A DNA stretch of 64,000 nt from positions 5,983-69,982 of the forward strand of contig CAMIXH010000001.1 in the NCBI GenBank assembly GCA_946402735.1. Reading direction: 5' to 3'. The DNA comes from an uncultured Mycoplasmatota bacterium (GTDB taxonomy: Bacteria; Bacillota_I; Bacilli_A; RF39; UBA660). Under the pieces are notes generated by a model that was not told where the DNA came from, did no database searches, and saw nothing but the letters and a program-made list of their open reading frames with translations. Both the position numbers and the translations under genes were made by a program. Positions 9,366 through 20,511 of the stretch are shown in pieces; the stretch's first letter is position 1, and each line of letters begins with the position of its first letter.

Positions 9366-11400
9366 ATTTATTGTTATAAATTATTAAGTGATGTTGACTT
9401 CTTGTACATGATACATAGTATAAGTATCTTTCATCATATGTATAACTATTATTCTTTTTTGTATAAATAATAGTTGCATCAAACTCTAATCCTTTTGCCA
9501 TATAAGATGGTAGAGTAACAAGAGTTCTTGAAAAACTTTTTGAATTATTTTTTATTAGTACTAAGTCATCCAAATCTTTATGAAGAAGTTTATATATTTT
9601 CTCACTTTCTGTATCTGTCTTAGTTATAATAGCAATACTTTTGTTATCTTTTTGAAGCCTTTTTATATCATTTAGCAATTGTTCTTTTAGATTATCTTCT
9701 TCTTTAAATTCTACTGGAATATGTGTATCTCTTCTAATTGCTGATACTAAGCTTAATCCAAGTATCTTATTTGCGTGTTCTATTATTTCTGGACTAGATC
9801 TATATGTTTTATTTAGTTCTATATAATTAACACTTTCATTAAATACACTTTTTAATTCTTCAAGTGATTTATATTGATAATAAGGATTAATTGTTTGATT
9901 AACATCACCTAGTATTGTGAATTTAGATTTTTTAAGTATCTTTTTAAGTAATATATACTGAAGTATATTGTAGTCTTGTGCTTCATCTATAATTGTTTGT
10001 TCTATTTGATAATCATTTCCTAAAAATTTAAGTAAGCTTTTCATATATACAAATAAACATGCATCTTCATATGAAATCTTTTTATCATCAAGTCTACTTA
10101 TATAACTTTCAGGAATATCTTTTTGATAATGTTTTTTAAATGTTTTGCTTCTATAAAAGTTTTTATATATTTCTTTTAAATCAAGTGGAATATTTATTAC
10201 TTCTCTTAACCATTTCTTTATTTGTCTTGTTCTTGATTTATTTGATTTAAATTCTTGTTCTGATATCTTAGCAGCTATTTCATCAATTCTTTCAAATAAT
10301 GGAATAGAGGAGTATCTTTCTTTTAAATAATAGTTTAGTTTTTCTTTTTCTACATATAAGTCATGATTGAATATATCATCTGTAAATTTAGCTTTACTTG
10401 TATATTCTTTAATATAATCATCTATTACTTTAATTATTTCATTTGATTGTTTAAACCTTATTAAATCTGTATCTAATCCTTCATATTTATAATATCTTTC
10501 TATGAATGATGTAAATGACTCTATTGAATTATATTCTGTTATATATGTCTCTAAGAAATCACTAAATGTTGTTTCTTTAGTATTTTCTTCACCAAGTTCA
10601 GGAAGTACATTTGATATGTATTCACTAAATACTTTATTTGGTGCAAATATTAATACTTTATCACTTGTTAAGTTTTTAATCTTATAGAGTAGGAATGCTA
10701 TTCTATGAAGTGCTACACTTGTTTTTCCTGAACCAGCAATTCCTTGTACTATTAAGTTTTTATCTTTTATATTTCTTATTATTGCATTTTGTTCTGTTTG
10801 AATTGTATTAACAATGTTCTTCATGTATTCATCTGTTTTATTAGCAAGTACTTCTTGTAATAATTCATCTTGAACATTCAGTTTTGAATCAAAGACTCGT
10901 TTTATTTTTGCATCTTCTATTGTGAACTGTCGTTTATTATGAAGGTATCCTTTGATTATTCCCATAGGAGCTTCATATTGTGCGTCTCCTTGTTCATAAT
11001 CATAGAATACACTAGCAATAGGACTTCGCCAGTCATATATGACATTATCATTATTTTTAGTTAAATAGGTAAGTCCAATATAAATGTCATTTTTTCCTTC
11101 ATCACTTTCAAAAACTATTTTTGCAAAATATGGAGAGTTCTGTATCTTGTAGAGCTTCCTATAATATTTTGCTTTCATTTCTAAGTTGTCAATTTCTTGA
11201 TCATTGTTTGACATTATAGTTTTCATTTCTGTCGGATCAAGTTCGGCATGGGAATCCCAAACGAATTTTTTGAATTCCTTTTGTTTTTCTTCGTTGTCAT
11301 ATAAGTCTTGAGCAAGTTCTGATATCTGATTACGTAAAAGTATGATTGTATTATCTAGATGAGTTTTCTCTTTGAAAAGTTCTTCTTCACTTAAATTCAT
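9364..11400 (-). CDS. helD: RNA polymerase recycling ATPase HelD (UvrD-like SF1)
   Basis: SPYFAKI, IYDWRSPIAS, QGIAGSGKTSVALHRIAFLLY, IDEAQD, KGLEFD. Confidence 0.85.
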   Translation of the reverse strand: MNLSEEELFKEKTHLDNTIILLRNQISELAQDLYDNEEKQKEFKKFVWDSHAELDPTEMKTIMSNNDQEIDNLEMKAKYYRKLYKIQNSPYFAKIVFESDEGKNDIYIGLTYLTKNNDNVIYDWRSPIASVFYDYEQGDAQYEAPMGIIKGYLHNKRQFTIEDAKIKRVFDSKLNVQDELLQEVLANKTDEYMKNIVNTIQTEQNAIIRNIKDKNLIVQGIAGSGKTSVALHRIAFLLYKIKNLTSDKVLIFAPNKVFSEYISNVLPELGEENTKETTFSDFLETYITEYNSIESFTSFIERYYKYEGLDTDLIRFKQSNEIIKVIDDYIKEYTSKAKFTDDIFNHDLYVEKEKLNYYLKERYSSIPLFERIDEIAAKISEQEFKSNKSRTRQIKKWLREVINIPLDLKEIYKNFYRSKTFKKHYQKDIPESYISRLDDKKISYEDACLFVYMKSLLKFLGNDYQIEQTIIDEAQDYNILQYILLKKILKKSKFTILGDVNQTINPYYQYKSLEELKSVFNESVNYIELNKTYRSSPEIIEHANKILGLSLVSAIRRDTHIPVEFKEEDNLKEQLLNDIKRLQKDNKSIAIITKTDTESEKIYKLLHKDLDDLVLIKNNSKSFSRTLVTLPSYMAKGLEFDATIIYTKKNNSYTYDERYLYYVSCTRSQHHLIIYNNK

Positions 11401-11594
11401 TATTCCTCCTATAAATATAAGTGTATCTTCATCTAAAAAATATGCAGCATAAACAAGATATTAGCAAATAAAATAATAAATGTCAATAAATAAAAAATAA
11501 TTTTTAAAAAATATTAAATATTCTTTCATTTGAACTAAATTTTCTATTGTGATAAAATATAATCGAAATAATAAACAAGAATAGAGGCATTATT

Positions 11595-14500
11595 ATGGAA
11601 CATGAAAATGATAAAACACCCAAAAGTATTTCTATTATGCTAATAATATTTTATGTTTTTATAGTATTTTTTATCATTGGTTTCACATACTATTTTTATA
11701 CTGATTTTTACGATATTTATTTAATAGAAAAAGATGTTACTATTGATACTGGAAATTCTTATCAAATTGAATTGTTACCTAAAAATAGCAAATATTTTGA
11801 TTATAACAATTATGTCTTTGAAGTAGATGATCCAAGCATAGTTAGTGTTAATAATGAAGGCGAAATAACATCTTTAAATGAAGGAAATACTAAAGTAAGT
11901 GTTAGATTCAAAAAGGGAATTGAGAAAAAAACATTAAATGTTAATGTTAAAGGTGTTAATGTAAAAGATATTGATTTAGAAAAGAATTTTGAAGTCTATG
12001 TTAATGATAGTAGAAAAATAAAAATAAAAATTAATAATATAGATAATGTAAGTACAAATGTTGTTTATACAAGTTCAGATGAAAGTATTGTTAAAGTTGA
12101 TAAATTTGGAAATGTAACTGGTATTAAAGAAGGAAAAGCAACAATTACTGTAACAAGTGCAAATGGTGTTAAAAAGACAGCAACAGTTACAGTTAAATCT
12201 AGTTTAGAAAAAATACAAGAAATAAATATAAAAGAGCAAGATATAATACTTTCAAAAAACGAAAAAAAGCAATTATCAGTTTATACTGTTCCTAGTAATG
12301 CAAGTATGAAAGGTTTAAAGTGGAATAGTAGTAATGAAGAGGTTGCAGAAGTTGATTCAGATGGTTTAGTAACAGCAGTGTCTAATGGATATGCAACAAT
12401 AAGTGTAACAACAAAAGAAGGATTAAATGCACAAACTACAATTCAAGTTAAAGAAAATACAGAACTAGTATTAAATAAATATAATATTGAATTAGAAGTT
12501 GGAAGTAGTGATGTAATTACTAGTAGTATAAAAGCAAAATTTATAAGTAGTAATACTTCTATAGCTACTGTAGATAATAATGGTAAAGTAACAGGAATTA
12601 AAGAGGGAAAAACTACTATTAAAGTAATAAGTGATAATGGAAAAACTAATACTTGTGAAGTAGTTGTAAGAGGAAAAGTAATTTCTATTGAAAAAATACA
12701 ATTTAATAAAAATAACATTACTTTATCAATAGGTGAAAAGCAAAAACTTTCATATACAATTTCACCTAGTAATGCTACAAACCGTAATGTTTCATGGTCT
12801 ACTAGTGATAGTAGTGTTTTATCAGTTTCTAAAGATGGAACAATTCATGCTTTAAAAGAAGGAACATCTACTATAACTATAAGAACAAGCAATGGTATGC
12901 AAGATACATGTTTTGTAGAAGTAAAACCAGTAATAGCTACAAAAATAGAAATAGATAGGAGTAATGTAGATTTAGAAGTTGGTTCTAGCATTACTCTTAA
13001 TGTTAAATTTACTCCATCAAATACAACTAATAAGAAAATAATATGGTCTAGTAGTAATACTTCTATAGCAGAAATAAATGAAAAAGGGCAAGTAACTGCA
13101 AAAAAAGTGGGAAGTGTAACAATAACTGCTAAATCAACTAATGGAAAAGAAGCAAAAGTAATAGTTAATGTAAAAAAAGGTAGTACTTCCATAACGTCTA
13201 TAAAACTTAATAAAGTATATGTTTCTTTAGTTTCTGGTTCTAGCATTACATTAAAGGCAACTATCACACCAACAACAGCGCAAAATAAAACAATTGAATG
13301 GAGTAGTAGTAATAAAAGTATTGCAACAGTAAATTCAAAAGGATTAGTTAAAGCATTAAAAGCAGGAAAAACTATTATTACTGCTAAAACAAGTAATGGT
13401 AAGACAGCAAAATGTACTATTGAAGTTAATCCTGTTTTACCAACTGGAATAAAGCTTAATATGACAACTGCTACTATTAATGCTGGTTCTAGTGTGACAC
13501 TAAAAGCAACAGTATTACCAAATAATACTACAAATAAAACAGTTACTTGGAAAAGTAAAAATGAATCAATTGCAACTGTTTCTTCTAAAGGAGAAGTACT
13601 TGGTATAAAAGAAGGAACAACAACTATAGTAGCAAGAACAACTAATGATAAAACAGTTGAATGTAAAGTTACAGTTAAAAAAGTTGAAGTTAAATCAATT
13701 GTATTAAGTAAAAATGAGTTTAATTTAACTGAAGGAGATAGTAGTACACTTAGTTATACAATAGATCCAACTAACGCAACAAATAAGAGTGTTAGTTTTA
13801 CTAGTAGTAATACTTCTATTGTTACAGTAGATTCAAAGGGAAAAATAATTGCTAAGAAAGCAGGAACTGCAAAAATAATTGTTACAAGTAATTCAAATAA
13901 ATCAGTAAAGTCAGAAGCACTTATAACTGTAAAAGAAAAAATAATTAATGTAACAAGTGTTTCTTTAAATACAACAAACACTTCAGTTTATATTGGAGAT
14001 AAAATTGAATTAAAAGCTACTATAATGCCAAGTGAAGCAACAAATAAAAAAGTAACATGGAAGAGTAGTAATAATTCTATAGCTACTGTTGATCAAAATG
14101 GAAAAGTAACTGGTGTTAAAGAAGGAAAAGTTCAAATAACCGCAACTTCAAATAATAATAAAAGTGCTAGTGCTACTATTAATGTTAAAGAGAAAACAAT
14201 AGATGTAACTTCTATAAGTATTAATAGTAATGTTAGTTCTATGGAAGTTGGAGATACAATTACATTAAGTGCAACAATAACCCCAAGCAATGCTACAAAT
14301 AAAAAAGTAACATGGAGTAGTAATAATACTGCAATTGCAACTGTAGATTCAAATGGAGTAGTGAGTGCTAAAAAAGCAGGATCTGTTAAAATAACAGTTG
14401 TATCAAATAGTAATAATAATGTTTCAAGTAGTAAAACAATAGTTGTAAAAGAAAAGACTATTCCAGTAACAAGAATATATACAAAAGTATCAAAATATAC

Positions 14501-15395
14501 ATTGAAATATAAAGAATCTATTTCTTGGGCTGTATATTTTGAACCAGAAAATGCTACAAATAAGCAACTAATTTATACAAGTTCTGATACTACAATTGCA
14601 ATAGTTGATTCAACTGGAAAAATAACTGCAAAAGAGAAAAAAGGAGTTGCTACAATTACTGCTAAGTCAAAAGAAAATAATAGTTTAACAACAAGTATTG
14701 CTATTACAGTTGGTGGTGAACCATTAAATATTACTACTGGTCTTACAACACAAAAATCATATAGTGGTGTATCATATTATGAAGTTATTCCACCACATCC
14801 TACAACTGATATGCCTTTAATTGTTTATATTTGTCCAAGTAGTATTTCAACAACTAATGCTAGTGCTCCACTACAATTTATTGCAAATAAAAAGGCATAT
14901 GGAAAAGAGGAATTCTTCTTTGTTCATACATATTCTTCACAGGGATTAAGTCATTCTAATGTTAAACAATTAATTGATAAATTAGTTAGTGATTATAAAA
15001 TTGATAAGAGTAGAATATCAATTGCTGGTTTCTCAATGGGATCATTTAATACTTGGGGAATGGTAAATGCATATCCTAAATTCTTCTCAGCAGCAGTACC
15101 AATTAGTAATGGTCCATACCTTGCACAAGAATATAATCAAAATAATGTTCAACCTACAAACTTTTTAACAACAAAAATATGGGGACATGCAGGAGATAAA
15201 GATGGACAAGCTAATGGTTGGGAAGCATATTCATATAGTCAAATAAAGAAATTTGTTGACAAAATTAATGCAGCAGGTGGATCTGCAAAAGCTACACAAC
15301 ATTCAAATTGTAATCATTATAGTATGATGTATGCATTTTCAAATACAGAGATTATTAATTGGATGCTTAGTCAAGAGAATCCAAATGTTAAATAA
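11595..15395 (+). CDS. Surface protein with ~12 Ig-like (Big_2) repeats and C-terminal alpha/beta-hydrolase
   Basis: N-terminal TM helix; 12 units of the W/Y-xSSNxSIATV-xxxG-xVxAxKxG type; IDKSRISIAGFSMGS. Confidence 0.85.
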   Translation: MEHENDKTPKSISIMLIIFYVFIVFFIIGFTYYFYTDFYDIYLIEKDVTIDTGNSYQIELLPKNSKYFDYNNYVFEVDDPSIVSVNNEGEITSLNEGNTKVSVRFKKGIEKKTLNVNVKGVNVKDIDLEKNFEVYVNDSRKIKIKINNIDNVSTNVVYTSSDESIVKVDKFGNVTGIKEGKATITVTSANGVKKTATVTVKSSLEKIQEINIKEQDIILSKNEKKQLSVYTVPSNASMKGLKWNSSNEEVAEVDSDGLVTAVSNGYATISVTTKEGLNAQTTIQVKENTELVLNKYNIELEVGSSDVITSSIKAKFISSNTSIATVDNNGKVTGIKEGKTTIKVISDNGKTNTCEVVVRGKVISIEKIQFNKNNITLSIGEKQKLSYTISPSNATNRNVSWSTSDSSVLSVSKDGTIHALKEGTSTITIRTSNGMQDTCFVEVKPVIATKIEIDRSNVDLEVGSSITLNVKFTPSNTTNKKIIWSSSNTSIAEINEKGQVTAKKVGSVTITAKSTNGKEAKVIVNVKKGSTSITSIKLNKVYVSLVSGSSITLKATITPTTAQNKTIEWSSSNKSIATVNSKGLVKALKAGKTIITAKTSNGKTAKCTIEVNPVLPTGIKLNMTTATINAGSSVTLKATVLPNNTTNKTVTWKSKNESIATVSSKGEVLGIKEGTTTIVARTTNDKTVECKVTVKKVEVKSIVLSKNEFNLTEGDSSTLSYTIDPTNATNKSVSFTSSNTSIVTVDSKGKIIAKKAGTAKIIVTSNSNKSVKSEALITVKEKIINVTSVSLNTTNTSVYIGDKIELKATIMPSEATNKKVTWKSSNNSIATVDQNGKVTGVKEGKVQITATSNNNKSASATINVKEKTIDVTSISINSNVSSMEVGDTITLSATITPSNATNKKVTWSSNNTAIATVDSNGVVSAKKAGSVKITVVSNSNNNVSSSKTIVVKEKTIPVTRIYTKVSKYTLKYKESISWAVYFEPENATNKQLIYTSSDTTIAIVDSTGKITAKEKKGVATITAKSKENNSLTTSIAITVGGEPLNITTGLTTQKSYSGVSYYEVIPPHPTTDMPLIVYICPSSISTTNASAPLQFIANKKAYGKEEFFFVHTYSSQGLSHSNVKQLIDKLVSDYKIDKSRISIAGFSMGSFNTWGMVNAYPKFFSAAVPISNGPYLAQEYNQNNVQPTNFLTTKIWGHAGDKDGQANGWEAYSYSQIKKFVDKINAAGGSAKATQHSNCNHYSMMYAFSNTEIINWMLSQENPNVK

Positions 15396-15516
15396 TTGTT
15401 GATTTTTTAATAAAAATATAGTATCATTAGTTAGAAGTTATTTCTTAGTTTGAATGACCTTTCGCTTTCTTACTCAGATTTAACGGATAAATAATTTAAG
15501 GAAGGAGATTTTTGTA

Positions 15517-15786
15517 ATGGCTTTAACAAAAGAAAAGAAAAGCGCAATTGTTTCTGAATTTGCAAGAAGCAAAGGAGATACAGGAAGCGTTGAAGTGCAA
15601 GTTGCTTTATTAACTGAAAGAATTAATACTCTTACAGAACATATGAAGGAACATAAGCATGATTACCATACTAATAGAGGATTACTAATGTTAGTTGGTA
15701 AAAGAAAAAGTTTACTAGATTATCTAAAACGTGAAGATGTTCAAAGATATCGTGAACTTATTGAAAAATTAAATTTAAGAAAGTAG
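15517..15786 (+). CDS. rpsO: 30S ribosomal protein S15
   Basis: [26 protein letters not shown]; upstream of pnp. Confidence 0.97.
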   Translation: MALTKEKKSAIVSEFARSKGDTGSVEVQVALLTERINTLTEHMKEHKHDYHTNRGLLMLVGKRKSLLDYLKREDVQRYRELIEKLNLRK

Positions 15787-15829
15787 GCACTTGTTTTAAG
15801 TGTCTTTTAATTTTCGGAAGGAGTATGAG

Positions 15830-18010
15830 ATGAAAAGAGTTTTTGAATACGATTTTAACGGTAGAAAAATTGTAGTAGAACATGGAGAACTTGCTAAACA
15901 AGCAGCTGGTGCTGTACTTGTTAGATATGATGATACAGTTATCTTATCTACATCTGTTATGAGTAATAATGTTTCAACTGCAGACTTTTTCCCATTAACA
16001 ATTTTATATCAAGAAAAACTATATTCTGTTGGTAAAATCCCAGGAGGATTTATTAAAAGAGAAGGTCGTCCAACAGATGCTGCTACATTAACTGCAAGAG
16101 TTATTGATAGACCAATTAGACCTATGTTTGATGAAAATTTTAGAAATGAGGTACAAGTTGTTAATACAGTACTTAGTGTTGACCCAGATAAGACACCAGA
16201 AATGACTGCATTATTTGGTTCATCATTAGCACTTTGTATTTCTAAAATACCATTTGAAGGACCAGTTGCTGGTGTTAAAGTTGGTAAAATTGATGGAGAA
16301 TTAAAGATCAATCCAACTTGTGAAGAAATGGAAAGAAGTACAATTGATTTAACAGTTGCTGGAACTAAAGATGCTATTAATATGGTTGAAAGTGGTTCTA
16401 AACAAGTAAGCGAAGATGAAATGTTAGAAGCTTTAATGTTTGGACATGAAGCTGTTAAAGAATTATGTGCAATTCAAGAAGATATCACTAGTGAAATAGG
16501 AGAAGAAAAGATTGAAGTTGAACTTGCTTCTATACCAGATGAGTTAAGACAAGAAGTAAACGATGATATCAAAGAAGATATGATTGCTGCTATTCAAATC
16601 AAAGATAAACTTGAAAAGTATGCAAGAATTGATGAAGTAAAAGAAGAAGCTGTAACCAAATATACAGAAAAACATGAAGGAGAAGAAACTTTAGAGGAAG
16701 ACTTAAAGCTTGTTAAGAAAGTTGCTGATGAGATTGAAGGTGCTGAAGTTAGACGTTTAATCACTAATGAACATATTAGACCAGATGGACGTAAGATGGA
16801 TGAAATAAGAGAACTTTCTTGTGATGTTGATTTACTTCCAAGAACACATGGTAGTGCGTTATTTACAAGAGGACAAACTCAAGCATTAGCAATTACTACT
16901 TTAGGTGCTCAAAATGAAGAACAAATTTTAGATGGACTTGGACTTGAAGAATCTAAGAAGTTTATTTTCCATTATAACTTCCCAGCATTTAGTGTTGGTG
17001 AAACTGGAAGATATGGTAGCCCTGGTAGAAGAGAAATTGGACACGGAGCTTTAGCTGAAAGAAGTCTTTTACAAGTTATGCCAAGCCAAGAAGAATTCCC
17101 ATATACTGTACGTGTAGTATCTGAAGTATTAGAAAGTAATGGATCATCTAGTCAAGCAAGTATTTGTGCTGGATGTATGTCACTTATGTCAGCTGGTGTA
17201 CCAATTAAAGCACCTGTAGCTGGTATAGCAATGGGACTTATTACTGAAAATGGTACATGTGATGGAAAATATACAATTTTAACTGATATTCAAGGTTTAG
17301 AAGATCATATGGGAGATATGGACTTCAAAGTATCTGGTACTAGAAAAGGTATTACTGCTTTACAAATGGATATCAAGATTAAAGGTGTTACAAAAGATGT
17401 ATTAAAAGAAGCACTTGCTCAAGCACATAAAGCAAGAATGCAAATCTTAGATGTTATGGAAGCTACAATACCTGAACCAAGAAAAGAACTTTCTGAATAT
17501 GCACCAAAGATTAGAACAATGAAGATTGATCCTGAAAAGATTAAAGATGTTATTGGTAAGGGTGGAGAAACAATTACTAAGATTATTCTTGAAGCAAGTA
17601 ATGTTAAATCTGTAAATGATAAACAAGCTGTTAAGATTGATATTGATGATGATGGAAATGTTATTTGTTATCATATGAATAAAGAAGTTCTTGATAGAGC
17701 TATTCAAATGATTGAAGATATTACAAAAGAAGTTGAAATTGGAAAAGTTTACACTGTTAAAGTTGTAAAGATTGAAGATTTTGGTGCTTTTGTTGAATTA
17801 TGGCCTGGTTGTGAAGGACTTGTTCATGTATCTCAACTTGATAATAAGAGAGTAGATCATCCAAGTGACATTCTTAAAGTTGGTGATGAAATCGTTGTTA
17901 AAGCAACTGGTTATGATAGAAAAGGTAAATTAAATCTTTCTAGAAAAGAATTATTACCAAAACCAGAAAAAAAAGATAAAAAAGAAGAAAGTAAAAATAC
18001 TGAAGAATAA
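15830..18010 (+). CDS. pnp: Polyribonucleotide nucleotidyltransferase (PNPase)
   Basis: [27 protein letters not shown] and S1 domains. Confidence 0.97.
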   Translation: MKRVFEYDFNGRKIVVEHGELAKQAAGAVLVRYDDTVILSTSVMSNNVSTADFFPLTILYQEKLYSVGKIPGGFIKREGRPTDAATLTARVIDRPIRPMFDENFRNEVQVVNTVLSVDPDKTPEMTALFGSSLALCISKIPFEGPVAGVKVGKIDGELKINPTCEEMERSTIDLTVAGTKDAINMVESGSKQVSEDEMLEALMFGHEAVKELCAIQEDITSEIGEEKIEVELASIPDELRQEVNDDIKEDMIAAIQIKDKLEKYARIDEVKEEAVTKYTEKHEGEETLEEDLKLVKKVADEIEGAEVRRLITNEHIRPDGRKMDEIRELSCDVDLLPRTHGSALFTRGQTQALAITTLGAQNEEQILDGLGLEESKKFIFHYNFPAFSVGETGRYGSPGRREIGHGALAERSLLQVMPSQEEFPYTVRVVSEVLESNGSSSQASICAGCMSLMSAGVPIKAPVAGIAMGLITENGTCDGKYTILTDIQGLEDHMGDMDFKVSGTRKGITALQMDIKIKGVTKDVLKEALAQAHKARMQILDVMEATIPEPRKELSEYAPKIRTMKIDPEKIKDVIGKGGETITKIILEASNVKSVNDKQAVKIDIDDDGNVICYHMNKEVLDRAIQMIEDITKEVEIGKVYTVKVVKIEDFGAFVELWPGCEGLVHVSQLDNKRVDHPSDILKVGDEIVVKATGYDRKGKLNLSRKELLPKPEKKDKKEESKNTEE

Positions 18011-18111
18011 TTGAATTTTTAGACCTAAAAGTGTCTAAAAATTCTTTTTTATATTGTAAATACGTAAAAAAAATGCTAGAATTATCTTATAAGGTAAAGG
18101 AGTGTAAAAAA

Positions 18112-19767
18112 ATGAAGAAAAAAATATTAGCTAGCTTATTAATGGTATTTGTATTTTCTTTCTTAGCTGTAAACGTTAATGCTGCAGTAACAAAAGTAAG
18201 TATGCCAAATACTATAAAAGCTAAAGCACCAGAAAAAGTACCATCTACAAATGATGTATTTTATGGCGCAGTAACAGATACTTTTGATTTTAGTAAAGTA
18301 AAATTTGCCCCAGAAAGTGGTTCAACTAGTATAAATGGTGTTGATCATTTAAGAAAAATTATTTTAGGAGAATTAAATGATATTACAAGTACATCAGGTT
18401 TAACTTTTGAAACTACTTTTAAGAAGTGGTTCACTGCATATTGTTTAGACAATGCAAAGAAGTATCCTGAATATGGACTATTAATTAGTGATGCATATAC
18501 TTCTGCTACAGATGATTATGGTAGAATTGATGCTGCTATTATTGCTGCAATCGGACAAGATGCAAATGTTCAAACTGCTATAAAGAATAAAGGATTACAT
18601 AATAAGAAAATAGTATCAATCTATGTTTCTGAAACTGTTAATGGTAGTACAGAACATTTCTATACTGTAGATAATGCTGCAGAAACAGTAGCTGCTATCG
18701 AAGGCTTAACAAGTAATGTTACAATCAATTTAAATAAAATTGGTTTCATGACTACAACTGGAGAAGTAGTTATTAATGCAACAGATATTCCAAATCATGG
18801 AGATACTACTTATCCATTAACATTTACAGGAAAATCAATACTATTTGAAAAATATACTACAACAAGTCCAAATAGTGATACAGTTAAGAATTATAATCAT
18901 GCATTATGGATTATAGAACATACTTATCCAACATTACCACTTAAGACTGCTGTTGAAGAGGCAGGAGCAGATTATGAAGAATTAAGAAAAGAAATCTGTG
19001 TTTTAGAAGGACATACATATGATGAAACTACATTAGCATGTACTGGACTTGATGCTTTAGATGATTATGTTGAAAATTATGTTTATGCAACAATTCAATA
19101 TGCAATTTGGAAAACAACTGATCACGCAGTTGAAGGTGAAAGATTAGGAAATTCTATTCAAAATGTAACTCAATTAAATAAATTATATAAATATTTAATT
19201 AGTGAAGATAGAAACTATACTAATTATAGTACTAAGACATTCAAAAATAAGATTACAGTTGATGGACCAGGAGAAAAAGCAAAACCAGTTACAAAAAATG
19301 GTGTAGATATTTATGGACCATATAAAGTTTCATATGATGCATTAGCTGGTGGAGAAATGACATTAACAATAACTAATGCTGATAAGACAGGTATTAGATT
19401 AATTAATAAAAATGATGGAACTGGTACTGAAATTAGTACAATCAACAAGGGCGGAGTATTCTACATTGAATGTAATAAAAAACAAAAAATCAGTAGTGTA
19501 ACAGTAAGTGTTAAATTAGAAAATGCTTCTGTATTTGATCCACTAACTGATAGAGGTAGATTATATCAACCAGTATACAGATTACAACAAAATGTTATGT
19601 CTGGTGGAAAGATTGTTAATAAGAATTTAGAAACTACAGTTGAATTAGTAACAAACCCAGAAACTGGTGTTGAAAATGTAGCATTATTATTAATGGTAAC
19701 ATTAGTAGCATTTACAATGGCTTACTTAATATTAAGTTACAAACAAAAATCAGTTCAATTAGACTAA
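18112..19767 (+). CDS. Thioester-domain surface protein with NPETG sorting signal
   Basis: Signal peptide; AYCLD and IQYAIW (Cys-Gln thioester-domain signature); C-terminal NPETG + TM helix + basic residues. Confidence 0.65.
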   Translation: MKKKILASLLMVFVFSFLAVNVNAAVTKVSMPNTIKAKAPEKVPSTNDVFYGAVTDTFDFSKVKFAPESGSTSINGVDHLRKIILGELNDITSTSGLTFETTFKKWFTAYCLDNAKKYPEYGLLISDAYTSATDDYGRIDAAIIAAIGQDANVQTAIKNKGLHNKKIVSIYVSETVNGSTEHFYTVDNAAETVAAIEGLTSNVTINLNKIGFMTTTGEVVINATDIPNHGDTTYPLTFTGKSILFEKYTTTSPNSDTVKNYNHALWIIEHTYPTLPLKTAVEEAGADYEELRKEICVLEGHTYDETTLACTGLDALDDYVENYVYATIQYAIWKTTDHAVEGERLGNSIQNVTQLNKLYKYLISEDRNYTNYSTKTFKNKITVDGPGEKAKPVTKNGVDIYGPYKVSYDALAGGEMTLTITNADKTGIRLINKNDGTGTEISTINKGGVFYIECNKKQKISSVTVSVKLENASVFDPLTDRGRLYQPVYRLQQNVMSGGKIVNKNLETTVELVTNPETGVENVALLLMVTLVAFTMAYLILSYKQKSVQLD

Positions 19768-19842
19768 TTAATTAAAAAATAAGAAAACATGAAAGTGTTT
19801 TCTTTTTTTATGGCTAATAATAATATCGAAGGGAGGAGAATT

Positions 19843-20511
19843 ATGGAAGATATAATTGAATATTTAACTGAAAAACTAAATGAATTTGATTATAAAAAAC
19901 TAATTATACCAACGATATTCTTATTAGTATATGTAGGAGGTTTTGCTTTTTTATATTTCAAAATTGATAATAAAAAAGAAGAATCTAAAGAACCATTAAT
20001 AACAGAAGAAATAACAGAAGAATCTAATGAAATATATGTAGATATTAAAGGATATGTAAATAAACCTGGTGTATATAAGATTAGTAGTTCTTCTAGAGTA
20101 ATTGATGCAATTAAAGAAGCTGGTGGACTAAAGAAAGATGCTAATACCAGATTTATTAATTTATCAAAAGTATTAAATGATGGTGATGTAATAGTAATAT
20201 ATTCAAATAGTGAAATTAAAAAAGCAGAAAAACAGGATGTTATTTATGTTGAGACACCATGTGTATGTGAAGAAGTTAAAAATGATGCTTGTTATAAGGA
20301 AGAAGATACTAAGGTAACTGGTAAAATTAACATAAATACAGCAATCTTAGACCAATTAAAAACATTAAATGGAATAGGTGATGCTAAAGCAAAAGCTATA
20401 ATTGAATATAGAACAAAAAATGGAAACTTTAAATCTATTGAAGATATATTAAAAGTAAATGGTATAAGTCAAACAATATATGCTAAGATTAAGGAAAATA
20501 TTACTGTGTGA
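19843..20511 (+). CDS. comEA: Competence DNA receptor ComEA
   Basis: TM helix, SLBB (YVDIKGYVNKPGVY) and HhH (KININTA...LNGIGDAKAKAIIEYR) domains. Confidence 0.92.
   Translation: MEDIIEYLTEKLNEFDYKKLIIPTIFLLVYVGGFAFLYFKIDNKKEESKEPLITEEITEESNEIYVDIKGYVNKPGVYKISSSSRVIDAIKEAGGLKKDANTRFINLSKVLNDGDVIVIYSNSEIKKAEKQDVIYVETPCVCEEVKNDACYKEEDTKVTGKININTAILDQLKTLNGIGDAKAKAIIEYRTKNGNFKSIEDILKVNGISQTIYAKIKENITV

Noticed and set aside
11595-14700. Nucleotide repeats such as AGTAGTAATACTTCTAT
   Set aside because: Explained by tandem Ig-like protein domains
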